A stretch of DNA of 64,000 bases from Octopus sinensis (GCF_006345805.1 NC_043008.1:23622001-23686000), one strand, 5' to 3'. Positions 36,626-53,714 are shown, counted from the stretch's first letter. A program made the numbers and translations. The notes: generated by a model from the sequence alone, not told the origin.

Positions 36626-37875
36626 TGCTGAAACATGTCAGCTTGACAAAAAAATACGAAAACTGTTGGCAATGCATAGAATGCACCACCTTAAGGCAGA
36701 TACAGAACGTCTTTATCTGCCAAGAAAAGAGGGAGGCCGTGGTCTTTTACAACTGGCAATAACAATGAAGATTGCTACAATTGGCCTAGACACCTACCTG
36801 AAAAAGTCTGAGGACTGGATGTTAAAACTTGTCTCAAAACATGAAAACGAGAAAGCATCATACTCAGTAATAAAACAGGCAAAGAAATATCTAAGTGAAT
36901 TCCGAATACAACAAATTTCGGAATTAGAGACAGTCATACAAGAAACAAGCACAGAAAAAGCTAGGCGCATGAAAGCCCATGCCAAAACTGCGGCCTTAGA
37001 TATTCTGAATAATAAATGGCAAGAAACACCTCTCTATGGAAAATACCCAAAGAGAGCGAATAATGCAGATATTGACAAAGCCCTGACCCATCAATGGCTA
37101 ATGGCCTCTGGCCTAAAATCTGAAACAGAAGGGTTTATCATAGCAGCTCAAGATCAATGCCTACCAACAATAAACTACCAGGCCAACATATTAAAGAACG
37201 GCAGTAGCCCAACATGTCGTGTATGTCGACAACAAAATGAAACCATTGATCATGTTGTCTCCAAGTGCAGTCTTCTAGCGCCTACAGAGTACCTCAACAA
37301 GCATGATAGAGCTGCACAATATATTCACTAGGTAATTTGCAAAAACCTGGATTTGCCCCATGAAAAAAACTGGTGGGAACACAATCCACCTCAAGTGCTT
37401 GAAAATGACCACATCTCACTCCTCTGGAACTTCACCATTCAAACTGACAGAAAGATAGATGCAAATAGGCCAGACATCATATTGAAAGACTTCAGACAAA
37501 GAATATGCCTCCTCATTGATATGACTGTCCCAATTGATATAAATGTATCTGTCAAGACCTACCAAAAACTGAGCAAATATAAAGATCTTGAAATAGAAAT
37601 CAGCAAAATGTGGAACCTGAAGACTAAAATAATACCTGTTGTCATAGGTGCCCTGGGAATGATAGCGAAAGGGGCTGATTACTACCTAACTCAGATACCA
37701 GGAAACCCCAAAATGGCAGAAATTCAAAGGATAGTGCTCATGGGAACTGCTCATATCCTACGCAAAATACTCTCTATGTAATCTCAAGTTTTAAAACAAA
37801 CTTCTGTTGTCTCTTGAGGTCTTTGGGTGAGACTTGGAGCCAACTTGTACAAACATAAAGCAAAAGTCAAACATA
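36625..37875 (+). mobile_element. R4/Dong-like 3' fragment 3 (young; one internal stop)
   Basis: RLYLPRKEGGRGL, CRVC..ETIDHVVSKC..HD, LWNF..DRKIDANRPDII, IDMTVP, KYKDL, VIGALG. ORFs 36666-37331 and 37353-37781 are in the same frame. Confidence 0.92.
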
Positions 37876-39642
<1,767 letters not shown>

Positions 39643-39656
39643 GAATAATAATAATA

Positions 39657-39745
<89 letters not shown>

Positions 39746-39761
39746 ATTATTATTATTATTA

Positions 39762-39798
<37 letters not shown>

Positions 39799-39971
39799 TA
39801 TTTATTGTATATATAATATAAGCCATCTCAGATTTCTGAGATGGCTTACATTATAACAGTTTCCTTTCATTGTTCTTGTGGATTCTTAATTCCTGGTTCG
39901 TGATAGTTTCAGATTTGATCTAATCTTCCCGGCAGCTCGGTGTTGCACATGCATGCTGCTTGCTCATTTAT

Positions 39972-41268
<1,297 letters not shown>

Positions 41269-41879
41269 TTGTGAATACGAAAGAAGCATCAAGGCATGTC
41301 AATAACCGTTGTTCTGTCAAAAAGTAAATACTGTGAAAGCGAAACCATAATACAACCAACCAAAGAACGATAGACTAGAACAGGTTGAATTACTTCTTTT
41401 CAAGGCGGCGCTGTCAACGGCCACTGGTAGTAGTAAACATATTTGACCTCAGTTAAACCGAAAGGGTGCGAAGATGTTTTTATCTCTATGGCTGACCTCT
41501 CCATTATCTGCCGAATCAATTTATATGATCTATTCACCAATCTGCTGCCCAATTTGTGGTGGTGAGGGTAATAATGAACAAAATAAAAATAATGATAATA
41601 TACTACAGCTCCTGATACTAACTACTACTAAAACTACAATAATACTACAACTACTACTATTATGATAGCACAGGAATCTGAGGCCCGACTATCACCCTTG
41701 CCACTACCTCCACTCCTGCTACTTTTGCTGTTGCTTCAACCACTGCTACTGCTACACATAAAAGCAATAATACCATTGATATCAGTGATGATAATAATGA
41801 AAATAAACGAGTGGAGTCTCATTACGGGCTAATAATGATACATCTAGTGATCGTGTCACAATAAAAACACTGGTAATTG

Positions 41880-43775
41880 GGCAACCTGATAATCGCTACC
41901 TCATATGAGTGACAATGAAAAAATCAAAATATTGTGAAAAACGCTGGTAATGAAACTGAAACTGAAGCCAATGATGGCTCAGAGATTCTGGCCCGGCTCC
42001 AGTCTGTCGGTATCCAGAAAGGGACCACCACAGACGGCGTAGATGGAGAAAATAATTTAATGCTGTAGTCATGAGCAGGCCGGTAGATGAAAATGGTGCT
42101 CAGATTAGAGGTTACCGACAACGTATGTATGATCATTGGAGTGAAAAGGGATTGTTTCAACTCATGGAACAGAGACTATGCGATCAAGCTTGAGCTTGAT
42201 CACAAATTGTTGGTTCACAGAAGTAGAGCTCGAAGCTATCAAAAGACGGGTCATAGAAAATAGCAGCATAGAAAAGAATGAAAATACAGTTTTTACTAAT
42301 AAGTGTCATCTCATTGCGCAGGAAAGGAGCAGTGGTAGTTTACTTGGTGAAAGCCATATAGATGATCTAAAGGAAGACAAGAAAACTAATAGCGACATTA
42401 TTTGCAAACTTAAAAAGGTTGATCGGTGGAAATTGAAATGTGGGAGTCGATGTCAAGGAAAAGAAACACAATGGGAGTGACAAAAGAAAAGATCCATGGT
42501 GGAAAAGAATAATCCAGGCAGGATTAGACATGCTCTGGAAGGAAATCTCTATGTTTGACCGAAAAGAGAAAGGGGAGCTTGAAAGCGAACAAAAATATAG
42601 GGCGCCGAAAAGGAAGTATAATATTGAAAGAAAGGGCCTGAAAGTTGTAGTGGAGGACTACCTCTAGAATAGGTTATTCAGAATAGACCAGAAAAGATTC
42701 TATAAAAAAATAAATGGAGATTGTACTGACGAAAAGTTGATACCAGATAACATTGAAAGTCAAAGGTTTTGGAGTGAAATCTGGAGCAAAGACAAGGAGC
42801 ACAAGAAGGATGCTGAATGGTTGCAAGAACTGAAGTAAACAGTAGTCTGTCCAAAACAGGCAGAATCAGTCATTTCAGTTAGAGAAGTGAAAGAAATCAG
42901 CCAAAAAATGAGCAACTGGAAGGCCCCGGGACCAGATGGAGTTCAAAGCTACTGGACCAAAAGAGTTGTTGAATGTCATGCACGAATCGCTGCGCATCTC
43001 AACCCCTTGTTAAATGCCGATCAAGTAACACCAGAATGTTTGACATTGGGTAGGACAGTGTTGTTCCTGAAAAACATCGAAAAAGACAATGCGTTAGACA
43101 ATTACAGGCCGATATCCTGTTTGCCACTTATGTGGAAGTTATTGACTGGAATATTCGCAGAGTCAATGTACGAACATCTAGAAAAAATGGAGTCCTGCCA
43201 CATGAGCAGATGGGTTGCAAGCGTAATTGCCAAGGGATCAAGGATCAACTACTGATATATAAAACTGTACTCAGAGACTGCAAGAGGAGGAAAAGTAACT
43301 TAGCCATGTCATAGATCGACTATCGTAAGGCGTACGATATGATCCCACATTCTTGGATTATGGAGTATATGTACCTGTTTGGGATTGCATCAAATGCTGA
43401 GCGATTGCTTGGAAAAAGTACGGCGAATTGGAGGACAGACCTGACAGCATACGGAAGAAGTTTAGGGACAGTAGAAATTAGGAGGGGCATCTTCCAAGGG
43501 AACTACCTGTCACCACTGATCTTTGTACTGTGCTCGATATCACTAACACTAATTCTGAGGAAAGCAAAAGCTGGGTATGTATTCAAACGCCGCCAACAAA
43601 AAGTCTACTTTATGGTAAAGATGATCAGTTCCCTCGTTGATACGGTGTATACCTTCAATGCTGATATCAGAATGGAATTCGGAGTGAGAAAGTGTGGTGT
43701 GTTAGTATTGAAGAGAGACAAAATCAAATGTATGGACGGACTAACGATATAGTCGGGAGTGATTATGAAGCAGAT
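41880..43775 (+). mobile_element. R4/Dong-like LINE, N-terminus to RT fragment
   Basis: [69 protein letters not shown]. Confidence 0.9.
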
Positions 43776-43896
43776 AATCTTTGTTCGAAATGAAAATTTT
43801 GTTTATCTTGAATATCTTTGTAACCTTGAACATTTTTGTTAATCTTGAATATCTTTGTTAACTATGGTCATCTTGTTAACCACGAGAAATATCTTT

Positions 43897-44594
43897 AAAA
43901 ATAGAAATGTTATAATTTCTAAATCTCTCTAAAGGAGAGATACAGCAGCAGTACTGGGTATCAATATTTGTTGCCAAACTAACCCGGCAGTCCAGAGAAA
44001 TAGGACGAATGCTACTGTTGATTAGCTTCGAGATGCGATCGCCTCTAGGTAGCTATATGACGCACGAACGAGTGTCCATAAACCTTCGAACAGGGGAGGT
44101 CATCAACTTCCCTTTGCTGGCTTGGCATCCACAGACCGGTTTCGAGGTAGTTGTCCGGGCTCAATTAGAGGCGATCGCCTCTCGGAGTTAATCAACATCA
44201 GCTTTCTTTGTTTCTCTGGACTGCCACGTTAGTTTGGCAATAAATATTAATACCCAGTACTGCTGCTGTATCTTTCCTTTAGAGAGATTTAGAAATTATA
44301 ACATTTCTATTTTTGAAAATCAGTGAATGTGTTTCACTGAATATATTTAAACAAAACCTTAGAACATAGGTCAACGGTGACCCCTGCTTAACTTCACATT
44401 CATAAGGGGCAAGTGCCCCGAAACCGATCTGTGGCTGCCAATCAAAGACAAGCTGATGACCTCCCCTGTTCGAAGGTTTATGGATGCAGGTTCGTGCATC
44501 ATATAGCTAGCTAACTAGTGGCGATCGCCTCTCGGATCTAATCAGTAGCAGCATTCGTCCTATTTCTCTGGACTGCCACGTTAGTTTGGCAATA
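43897..44594. mobile_element. Short PLE-like repeat in three copies, forming a hairpin (arms 43897-44047/44166-44314) plus a third copy
   Basis: About 150-bp inverted arms. 44395-44594 is the reverse complement of about 43970-44150. A hammerhead-like motif lies at 44395-44433. Confidence 0.6.
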
Positions 44595-47500
44595 TATATT
44601 ATAAATATTTTTGTTATACATCAAATATTTTAATTTTGAGCATTGACCATTTTTGTAGTTGAAACAATTCATGCTTTAAAGAAGGATAATCTTGATGCGT
44701 TTATCAAACTAATTATAATAATGAAAATAATTGTACTTGAAATTTTGACCTACTTTTCATTTCATCGAAAGTCTCAAAATACCAAAATAATGTACTCGAA
44801 TCAAATACATCTGTCAAAATAAGATCTCTCTGTCTGAATATTCAGTTTTGATTTGCTTCAAGTTTGTTGCTATTTAACCCCAATTTATGCATTTTCGGAA
44901 AGTGTTGTGATCATATAATAACATTTTGTTATTTTTATTAACTCTATAAATCTTCTGGGTTTATAAGAAATTATTATTTAAGTATTTGTTTTTAATTATT
45001 TGTTTGATCAACATTTATAGAGCCTAAGGCAGTAACTGTTCTATTTATTGTAAAGTTATTTTATCTATTTTATTTTATATCAAGAACTAAATCTTAAGTG
45101 CTGTAAAATAATTAAAACATCTGTATAGGAAAAAGTATGGACTATTACGGGGTGTGAACATATTGTTTTATAGCCTGGGAATATAATTAAATGCTACCCT
45201 TTTAAGCATAAAAGACTTCTTTTTGAATGTGTGTTAAAACGATAATTTGGAATTAATTACAGTTACTAATTTAAATATTAACATGGATAGAAAATTCATT
45301 TGACTGCTAAGATAAGCTTAAACAATTGGTGACAGATACAACCAAGGCATTTTGCAAGATCTTGAAAGAGGATTGATTTTTAGAGAGATAATTTTTGTAA
45401 AGTAGTTATTTGGAGACGTCTAGATGCAGATAGCGCCAACAATAGAAGACAAATCAGTTGGTGTAAAAGATAGAAAGATCTCATGAAGAGTCAAAGTCTG
45501 CATCAGAATAGAAATGGTAATTGAAACAATTGAATATTACGAGATGTAGCAAAATGTTTCATTAGAGGGAATCGAATATAATGAGAAAAAGTTAGACAGC
45601 TAAAAATTTTCAGTGAACACTTTAAGGATAAAATATTTTAGAATGAAGATTAAACGTTTGATTTTGTGTTTCAGATTAATAAATAAGATAGCTTTCAAAA
45701 CCTCTAACCAAGTACAATCATGAAAAACAAATGATTCTTGTTCGCATATAAAGCTAATATTGACAAGAGACTCATGCTTTTAAAATGTTCTTTAAATTCT
45801 GAAAATTCCCTGTAATCTTCATTAAGCTGTTGGTAAAATGGATCTTTGTCTGTTTCGACGATAGGTATTCCTACTGTTTGATCAGCACACCCGCTTACTC
45901 ACCGAATCAGTGTGCAAGTGGCTTAGTATTCCATGGACGTGTGTAAGTCAAATCTATTTTGAATTACAAAGAGAGTCAATCCAAACTGTTTCCGTAGATT
46001 CCGTCTCTCTGATTTCATTCAAAAGGCTGTATTAGAAGGCACTTCTCCAAAGTGACACTTAATGGGATCACCTCTTGAATCTTTCTATTGTGATGCGAAC
46101 TTCTTAACCAATCCATTCTGCTTAGTAAATGAATAACTATCTCATATCAACATAATATATCAATAAAATAGATAATACATTCAGATTTTGACGGCGGCTT
46201 GGTAAAAATTACTTGGTACTTGCGAAATGAAATGGCTCAAGGCTCAACCAAGAATTGACACTAATATGCATACTCTAATCACCATCAACCAATACCGACC
46301 AAACGCTTTGAAATTCTACGTGTTAAAATATATGAAGTACCCAGTTTAGCACAAACGATCGTTTTTGTTTAGCTCCAAGTCAGCCTTCATCGAATAGACC
46401 TATCACGAAAATCGTTCCTGTTGTAGCCATTAATATTTTCGTATAGCCATGGCTACACTGTCTAAAGTGTCCTTCATTTATAAAAAAAGTAGAATATGAG
46501 TTATGGGAGCGAGATTTTTCTGCTATGTCTACCATATCGCGTGACCGCATAGCGGTTCGTTCGTTAGCACAAATATAAGAAATTGCCATTATTCAGTGCA
46601 TTCCAACTTCTATGATAATTATAAACACTAACTCTATATTTTTTTGGCTGTACTTTACCTACGAGACTATCTTTATCTTTTGAGATGTGGGATACTTTTT
46701 GAGGGAGATTTGGCTGCAATTTCTTTGCACATCCTAGGGTAATATACAACTTTTTATGGCTCGGTCATAATATTTTAATGATTTCAGTTACTCATAATCT
46801 TCAGAATTTATTCTGAATATCAACTAATCGGTAAATATTTCTTCATTTCCTCTTCAAGATTTTTTGATTCACGGTTTTTCGATAATAGAGAGAGACAGAG
46901 AAAAAGAAAAGAAAAGAAAAGACACTAAACCGCAAATGACACTAGAGCACGTATGTATTTCATTTCGTTGATCTGAATACACTCAATGTTTAGATAGGTA
47001 ATTGACTGTTACAGTAGGTTTCAATTTTAGTAAATATTTTTTCAGTTTATTGTCCATTTCTTAAAATTTTTAATTGAATGTAACAAAATAAATCAAAATC
47101 TCTGACACTAGCCTTCTTACTCTACATTCACTGAATCAAGAACTCTGAATAATTGCAGTGTGGTTAGTATTTTTTTCAGCTGACGAAGCATCAAACCGTT
47201 GCATGGCAATAATCGACGACAGAAAAATAAGTTCAGTATGACGAGGTAAGATACATTCCCAACACAAACGAATATAGAGAATTCTGTGTATGTATATTTT
47301 CTGAAGTCACTTATTAAACAACCGAATATAATAGAACGTTAATAGTATTTTATATAATACTTCACGATTCTTAGATTTTCTCATACCTTCAAGCAGATCA
47401 AGTGGTGGGTCAGATATTTAAGTGTGCGTTTTCACATCAAAAAGCTAATGTCCTAAATATAATTGATGTAAAAACATATAAATGAATATTATAAAAACTG

Positions 47501-48599
47501 CAACGTAATATACAAAAATGATCAAAACAAAACGGAAAGTGTAAAGAAGTGATGTCTTTCAGCAATGTCTATAGTGAAGACGACGAAACTTTTCTATTTT
47601 ATCAGCTTTCTAATTGCGATTGGATGTTTTGATTTAGTTTTTCACGTACCGCTTCAACAGAATCTCATTTCACATCTTCAAACCCAATAACATCGATTCG
47701 TACGTAAGTACACACACACAAACACATGTAATACATACGATAAATGGCTTCGGGAGCTATGGGGACTCATAAAGTATGTATTATTTATGGGCTTCTGAAA
47801 TTGCGTATGTATTTGAAACTTTATTGTATTTAGGGGATTTGTAATAAGTTATATGTGTATACACATAAGTGCCTATATGTGTAATTGTGATTATAAGAAA
47901 TATTGGTAGCTCTATCAAATTAAAGTGAAATGCTGTTGTTAGCTGAGCAAATCTTCGAAACGGATTTTATCCACACACTGCTGCTATGATATTAATACTT
48001 TAGTGATTATAATTCAGTATTATCTGCAAATATATCCCTCATCCCATAGAACCGATAAAATAAACTAGAAACCAATACTCATACCCTCCTTTGAATTACT
48101 ATATAACGTCAAAATTTACGTTGATATTACCTCTTATCTTCTTCCAAGATATTTTCCCTTTTGACGTAAGTTCAGAAAGCTTCGTGCCATGAAAGCAATT
48201 ATTATTCAGTAATCTAGAATATAAGGGTTTTTGGTCTACAGTACCCTGTACATTGGTTTTTATTGTCTTGCTGGATTTTCTTTTGCCGGAGTTTATTTTG
48301 TGCCACGGCATAATTAAGCCTCCAGTAATCCTGTTTGGCCCAATAAAAAGAACTACAATTAAAAAGAAATTCTAGCGACAAATAAGGCATATTGATGACG
48401 AGGAGACACAAAAAATTAGTTTTGGGATAACATCAATATTAGTAAAAAAATTATTTTTTACCACTCACATATTGCATAATGGTCTATTTCTATCTGGAAT
48501 TTATTTACATCTTTTCATTAATGTAAACACCTCAAGTAAAATGTAAAGAAGCTGAGACCGAAACACAGTTTAATCTCTGGAGAAACTGGTTTTGTTCAC

Positions 48600-50750
48600 T
48601 CATCTCACAAATGCCTAGCGATAAATTGACAAAATTTCTTTCTTTCCCAGACTTTTACTTTATACGATTATCATTTTCCTTGTCCGATAAGAACACAAAA
48701 GTGCTCGAAATACACCGAGCTAGGCCTGTCAGTCGAAAAGTGAGGTCACAAGTACAGCAAACAATGGTAGCACCTACTAAGACGCAGGAAAATACCAGGC
48801 AGGAAGTATTCTACAGAACTGGAAATTTCTCGGTGATTGTATCAATTCAAGCCCCCAGGAGGGATTTAACTTATACTACCCTCGAGAGCTAAGCCCATGT
48901 AGCAGGAGAACGAATCAAATAGCTCAAGATGGATGACACCATAGAATGGTATCCACCGGACCAAAATCATGACAGGATATACTAAACCACGCTAACAGGA
49001 CATACTGAGCATAAGTGAATGCTTTCACAACTAAATACAAAAACTTTCAAGTGATCGCTTTGATATAGGGAAAGCAACATAGCAGAAAAGAAAGAATTTC
49101 ATCACTTGAGGGAAGAAATTACGATTTTCAACAGATTGTATAAGTGAATTCATATCGAGGAATGGGAAACATCAATAGCATAACGAGATGGGAATGTCTG
49201 TGTAGTCTTGGAAGAACAGGAAGTTCGCGGAAGCGAAAGGGAAGAAAGAGAGAGAAAATGGCTCAGTTTACCAAGAGCAGCTTTACATTCACCAGACCAT
49301 TTCCGAGTGAGGCAAAATTCAGAAGAGTAACTAGCCCAAGAGAAGACATAGAACTATGTTTCGGGGGGTGGGGTCAGAACTGTCCTTCGGTGAAGGTAGT
49401 TAAAGAGGTAGCGAAGGCGACCCGAACAGGATTTTCCCAAGGTCCAAGAAGCATAACATGCAAGGTATATGAAATGTTCGACGTTCTGTCAGATTTTGTG
49501 AACGATGTTCCTGGAAAATGGAAGCGTTCCACTGTGCAAAAAAAGAAGGCCTCTGAGCTGTCAGCCAATTCAAAACTATGTCAGTTTTAAGTGTAGAAGG
49601 TAAAATATTCTTTTCAGTATGGTTAAAGAACTACTTCATACATGGTGGAGAATGGATGCATAAATTCAGGTGACCAGAAAAGTGCGATCCCATTCTTCTC
49701 TGGATATACTGAATACAACAGAGCTCTCGGTAATTTGATCTAGGTGACCAAAAAGAAAAGAAAAAACAAAAACAACGGAATTATATAAACTATAAATTCT
49801 TTATTCTCTAATACACGCAACACTAGAACACACCAGACATCAAGGAAATGGCAACCAGCTACATCTGAGCTATCTATTTGTGTTTCAAAACTGTTCAGTT
49901 TACAACTTCCCTGAAAGACCTGGAATAAGGTGTCATAACTGGCTGCATACACAATTCCCAGGAAACAAGTTGAAGTAGATCAGTCAGTAAGTGATTATCT
50001 TACTGTGACAACCACAACTCAAGTGGAGGCAAGATAGTTGTTAACATTAGTTGAACACGCGGCAAGTGGGAACGAATGAAGTTTAACCTAGTGAAGTTTA
50101 AATTTAGAAATATGGTGATCGGAAAATGTCAAAGGATCAAGCTGCAACTGAACAGAGAAATCCCATTAAATACCCGAGAAAGTGTTTCGAGGATTCATTG
50201 CAGAAGGAACAACATCACCATTACTGAAAAGCAAACAAAGGAATGGCTAAGATGTGTGTGTATGTGTGTGTAAGATCAAGCTTTCCAAGGAATTTCAAAT
50301 CGCAGCTTTACCAACTCAGACTGCTCACAAGACTTCTGTAACAGTTGACAGTTAATGAAGTTTGTATGACAAGGGTGGAAATGTAGAAAAGATCCGTAAG
50401 TACCTCTAAAAACGGTTGGCCATCGATTCAGGCGTAACTTCAGTAGGTATGTACATAAGATATGAACATATCCAAGTTCCCCAGCTAGCCACGGTCGGAG
50501 AATTCAAGGTAGTAAAGTGTAGAGTTGTAGATGTACTGGGATTCTTAGGATGAACATTTCAGATATGTTGGGCAGCCGACATCTCAGTAAGACAAACTAT
50601 ACTACTTCGTTAGAATGACGTGCCCAATACGGCATGGTATCAGTTCTTCCAGCAATGAAGGGATGCAGATAACAAGAAAAGAAGAGGCATGGTCCAGATG
50701 CAGCTCCAGGAGAAAGAAGGAAGAACATCGAGAAATTTGAAACTAGTATT
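48600..50750 (+). mobile_element. HERO-like (R2-group, REL) non-LTR retrotransposon, highly decayed
   Basis: QFKTMSVLSVEGKIFFS, DQKSAIPFFSGY.E, GVITGC, DYLTVTT..EAR, RMKF, GEFKVVKCRV. Confidence 0.65.
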
Positions 50751-51252
50751 CTAAGGAACTTGGGCCAAACGCAACCTTTGCGAGAAGTTGAGCATATAGG
50801 CAGATTTTGTGGACATCAGAAGATATCTACATCTCATCCCTACTGCATATAGTGGATGATACACTCCAAAAGCCAACAAATCTGCACTGATGTGTAATGT
50901 AAATTGATATGCATGTTTGCATGCGTACGTTGCGTAATTATGTGTGTATATTTCTTCAGGCAGCGACTTGATAGCATCGTTAGAGCTCCTACACATTTGC
51001 TTTACTGTATTTGTTCAGATTTGTTATGCTTTGAGTAACCTTTGCATGTCATCTCTCCAAGGTCGATGAAATAATGTACCCGTTAAATACTAGATCGAAA
51101 GAATCTGTTAATCCCCTTCCTTTTAAAGTGCTGGCCCAATCAGAATCCAACATGTTTATACTACATAAAGTACATATACGAACTAGAAAGTCAAATTCCC
51201 GTTAATTTTATTAGCGATCAAATACAAAAATACAATTACCACTATTACCGTA

Positions 51253-51794
51253 GGTATCCGGATAACTGCCCGAATGACATGAGCCCGATGGACAAGTGCC
51301 CGATGGACAAGTGCCCGACAGACAATTGCAAATTTTTTTAGTTAAATCTTGATATTTTTTTGGAGGCGTGGTAAAGTCTGATATCCTGCCAGCATTTGGT
51401 CGATGATCGTGTCTTTAAGTGCTTGTTACATCTTTAATAACTGATGAAAACGCCAGATATATGGATGACTTGACGTTATATTCGCCTGTAAATTGTTATG
51501 CCACACTTCCAATTGCTCAAATGATGTTACAACGTTGCTAGCACAAAAGCTAACGTCTTTTGACACCTGGTGGTTCTTTACTTCAGCAAACTGAGGAAAA
51601 ATACGATTTTTGTGTACAGGAAGATTCGCCCAAATGACAGATAAAGTGAAATGAATGACAGATAAAGATAAAGTGAATGTGTCTGTTGGGCAGTTATCTA
51701 TCGCGCAGTTGTCCCTATCAGGAAAATGTCCGTCGGGAAGTTGTCCGTTGGAGAGTTGTCCATCGGGTAATTGTCGGGCAGTTGAACAGGAACC
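51253..51794 (-). mobile_element. Mutator-like (MULE) non-autonomous element, 542 bp
   Basis: Perfect 9-bp TSD attaccgta at 51244-51252 and 51795-51803. GG...CC ends with 15-bp subterminal repeats. Remnant EVWHNNLQANITSSHPYIWRFHQLLK resembles a MULE transposase C-terminus. Confidence 0.85.
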
Positions 51795-51874
51795 ATTACC
51801 GTAAAATCTCTGAAAATACAAGGCGAAATAAAGACTCTAAAGGAGCACCCGGCATATAAGAAATAGCGGCCAAA

Positions 51875-52227
51875 TTCTTTGTAAGCCTAGTACTTATTCT
51901 ATCGGTCTCGTTTACCAGACTGCTAAGTTACGGGGACGTAAACACACCAGCATCGGTTGTCAAGCGTTGTTGGGGCGGGGGACAAACACAGACACACAAA
52001 CACAGACACACACACACACATACACACACACACATATATATATATAAATATATACACATATATACGACGGGCTTTTTTCAGTTTCCGTCTACCAAATCCA
52101 CTCACAAGGCTTTGGTCGGCCCGAGGCTATAGTAGAAGACACTTGCCCAAGGTGCTATGCAGTGGGACTGAACCCGAAACCATGTGGTTGGTAAGCAAGC
52201 TACTTACCACACAGTCACTCCTGCGCT
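51875..52227 (-). mobile_element. SINE family A, near full length
   Basis: Head, core, internal (CA/TA)n and 3' domain are all present. Confidence 0.92.
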
Positions 52228-52967
52228 TATATGTACAAAAAATAAAAGAAAAAAGAAATGAAACGGTTTTGATTGAACGTCTTCTCAATCATGGTGAACC
52301 TGAGGCTAAGCAACAACTATACGCTTATACTTAAATGGTCTGAAAATCAATTTTTATTCCATATAGTATCATATCATCATCAGATGTCTGTATTTGATTC
52401 TACCTTTTGATACTGTTACTTGGTGCCTGAAATTCGATCGTCAAATGTGTTTCATTTTATTTTGAACGTAGCAACGTTCACTAATTAACTATTTCTTAGG
52501 ATATATATTCTCAAAAACAACATACATATATGCAATTGTCCACTCAACAGATGATGGAGTTACTGAATTCGATCAAAAACTATGATACGCTTCCATGCAA
52601 AAACATAGTTAGTATAGCATTCGAGATAAAAGAAAATATTTATGACGAATAACTGCAAAATATGCAGATACTACATCAAAACTATAAACTTAGATTTATG
52701 CCTTTGATTATTGGAACAGTAACAACTATGTGGAGGTGGGTTTCACGACTAATTCAAAAAAGACAAAGTCTTGGATGGAACTGTGTAAATATGTAAAACA
52801 CTCAGAAATTTAGCTGGTAGCATGCATGGATATACATACATATGTATATGAGTGTGTGTGAGTACGTGTGTACAAACGTACTTGTGTGTTGAGCAAGCTT
52901 CTAAAAGTATACAGATTTACAAATTCACTGACACACATATATATAAAACATACATACATATACGCGC

Positions 52968-53211
52968 AATCACCGTGGGAGCAGGGACAGCCGAGGTGGG
53001 ACGGATTCGGTCAGCAGAGCAGAAACGTCAGATGCGTAAAACCAGAGCCGCCTGCACCAGTAGCACGGCCCCTACCTACTTCTGCCCCACCTGTGGGAGG
53101 GGCTTCCTTGCCCGGATTGGCCTCACCAGCCACCTCCGGTCTCATGGCGCCAGTTCCATCAGATGATGTCAGTTGGTCATCTTCGAACCGAAGGACGAAC
53201 ATTATTATTAC
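52968..53211 (+). mobile_element. RTE/BovB-like 3' end
   Basis: CPTCGRGFLARIGLTSHLRSH finger, followed by tail ggtcatcttcgaaccgaaggacgaac. GC-rich and little decayed. Confidence 0.85.
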
Positions 53212-53255
53212 ATATACGGGCACCAACGCATACATGAATATAGCGACCATACATA

Positions 53256-53603
53256 ATGATTAGAGATTGAGAAAAGAAATCGTCAGTGACAGAAGAATTC
53301 GGTTGTCCAGTTGTAAATAATGTGAATAATGTAAAAGATAAATGAGATAACAGTAAATTTTTTTTTTACTAAATTAACGAGAAACCTGCAGAGGTTACAC
53401 TAGGCTTACAGTTTCAGATCTATAGCCTGTCACTTTTGGGACACGTGATGTAATTATGTCACTACACTGGTTGGTGAGTGTCAACCGCAAGTTTCTTAGG
53501 CAAGCAATTGCAAAAATGCATAGATACGCCTTCATGCTTACATACATTCAAACACATTAATAGCTGTATATGCAGGAATGTGCATCCACGTACACCACAC
53601 ACA

Positions 53604-53641
<38 letters not shown>

Positions 53642-53670
53642 GTGCATATATACATTACACACACATACAT

Positions 53671-53714
<44 letters not shown>

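Noticed and set aside
48131-48331. Minus-strand exon-like segment (ITGGLIMPWHKINSGKRK...)
   Set aside because: Splice-like ends exist, but the phase is incompatible with the neuropeptide exon and no homology was recognised.
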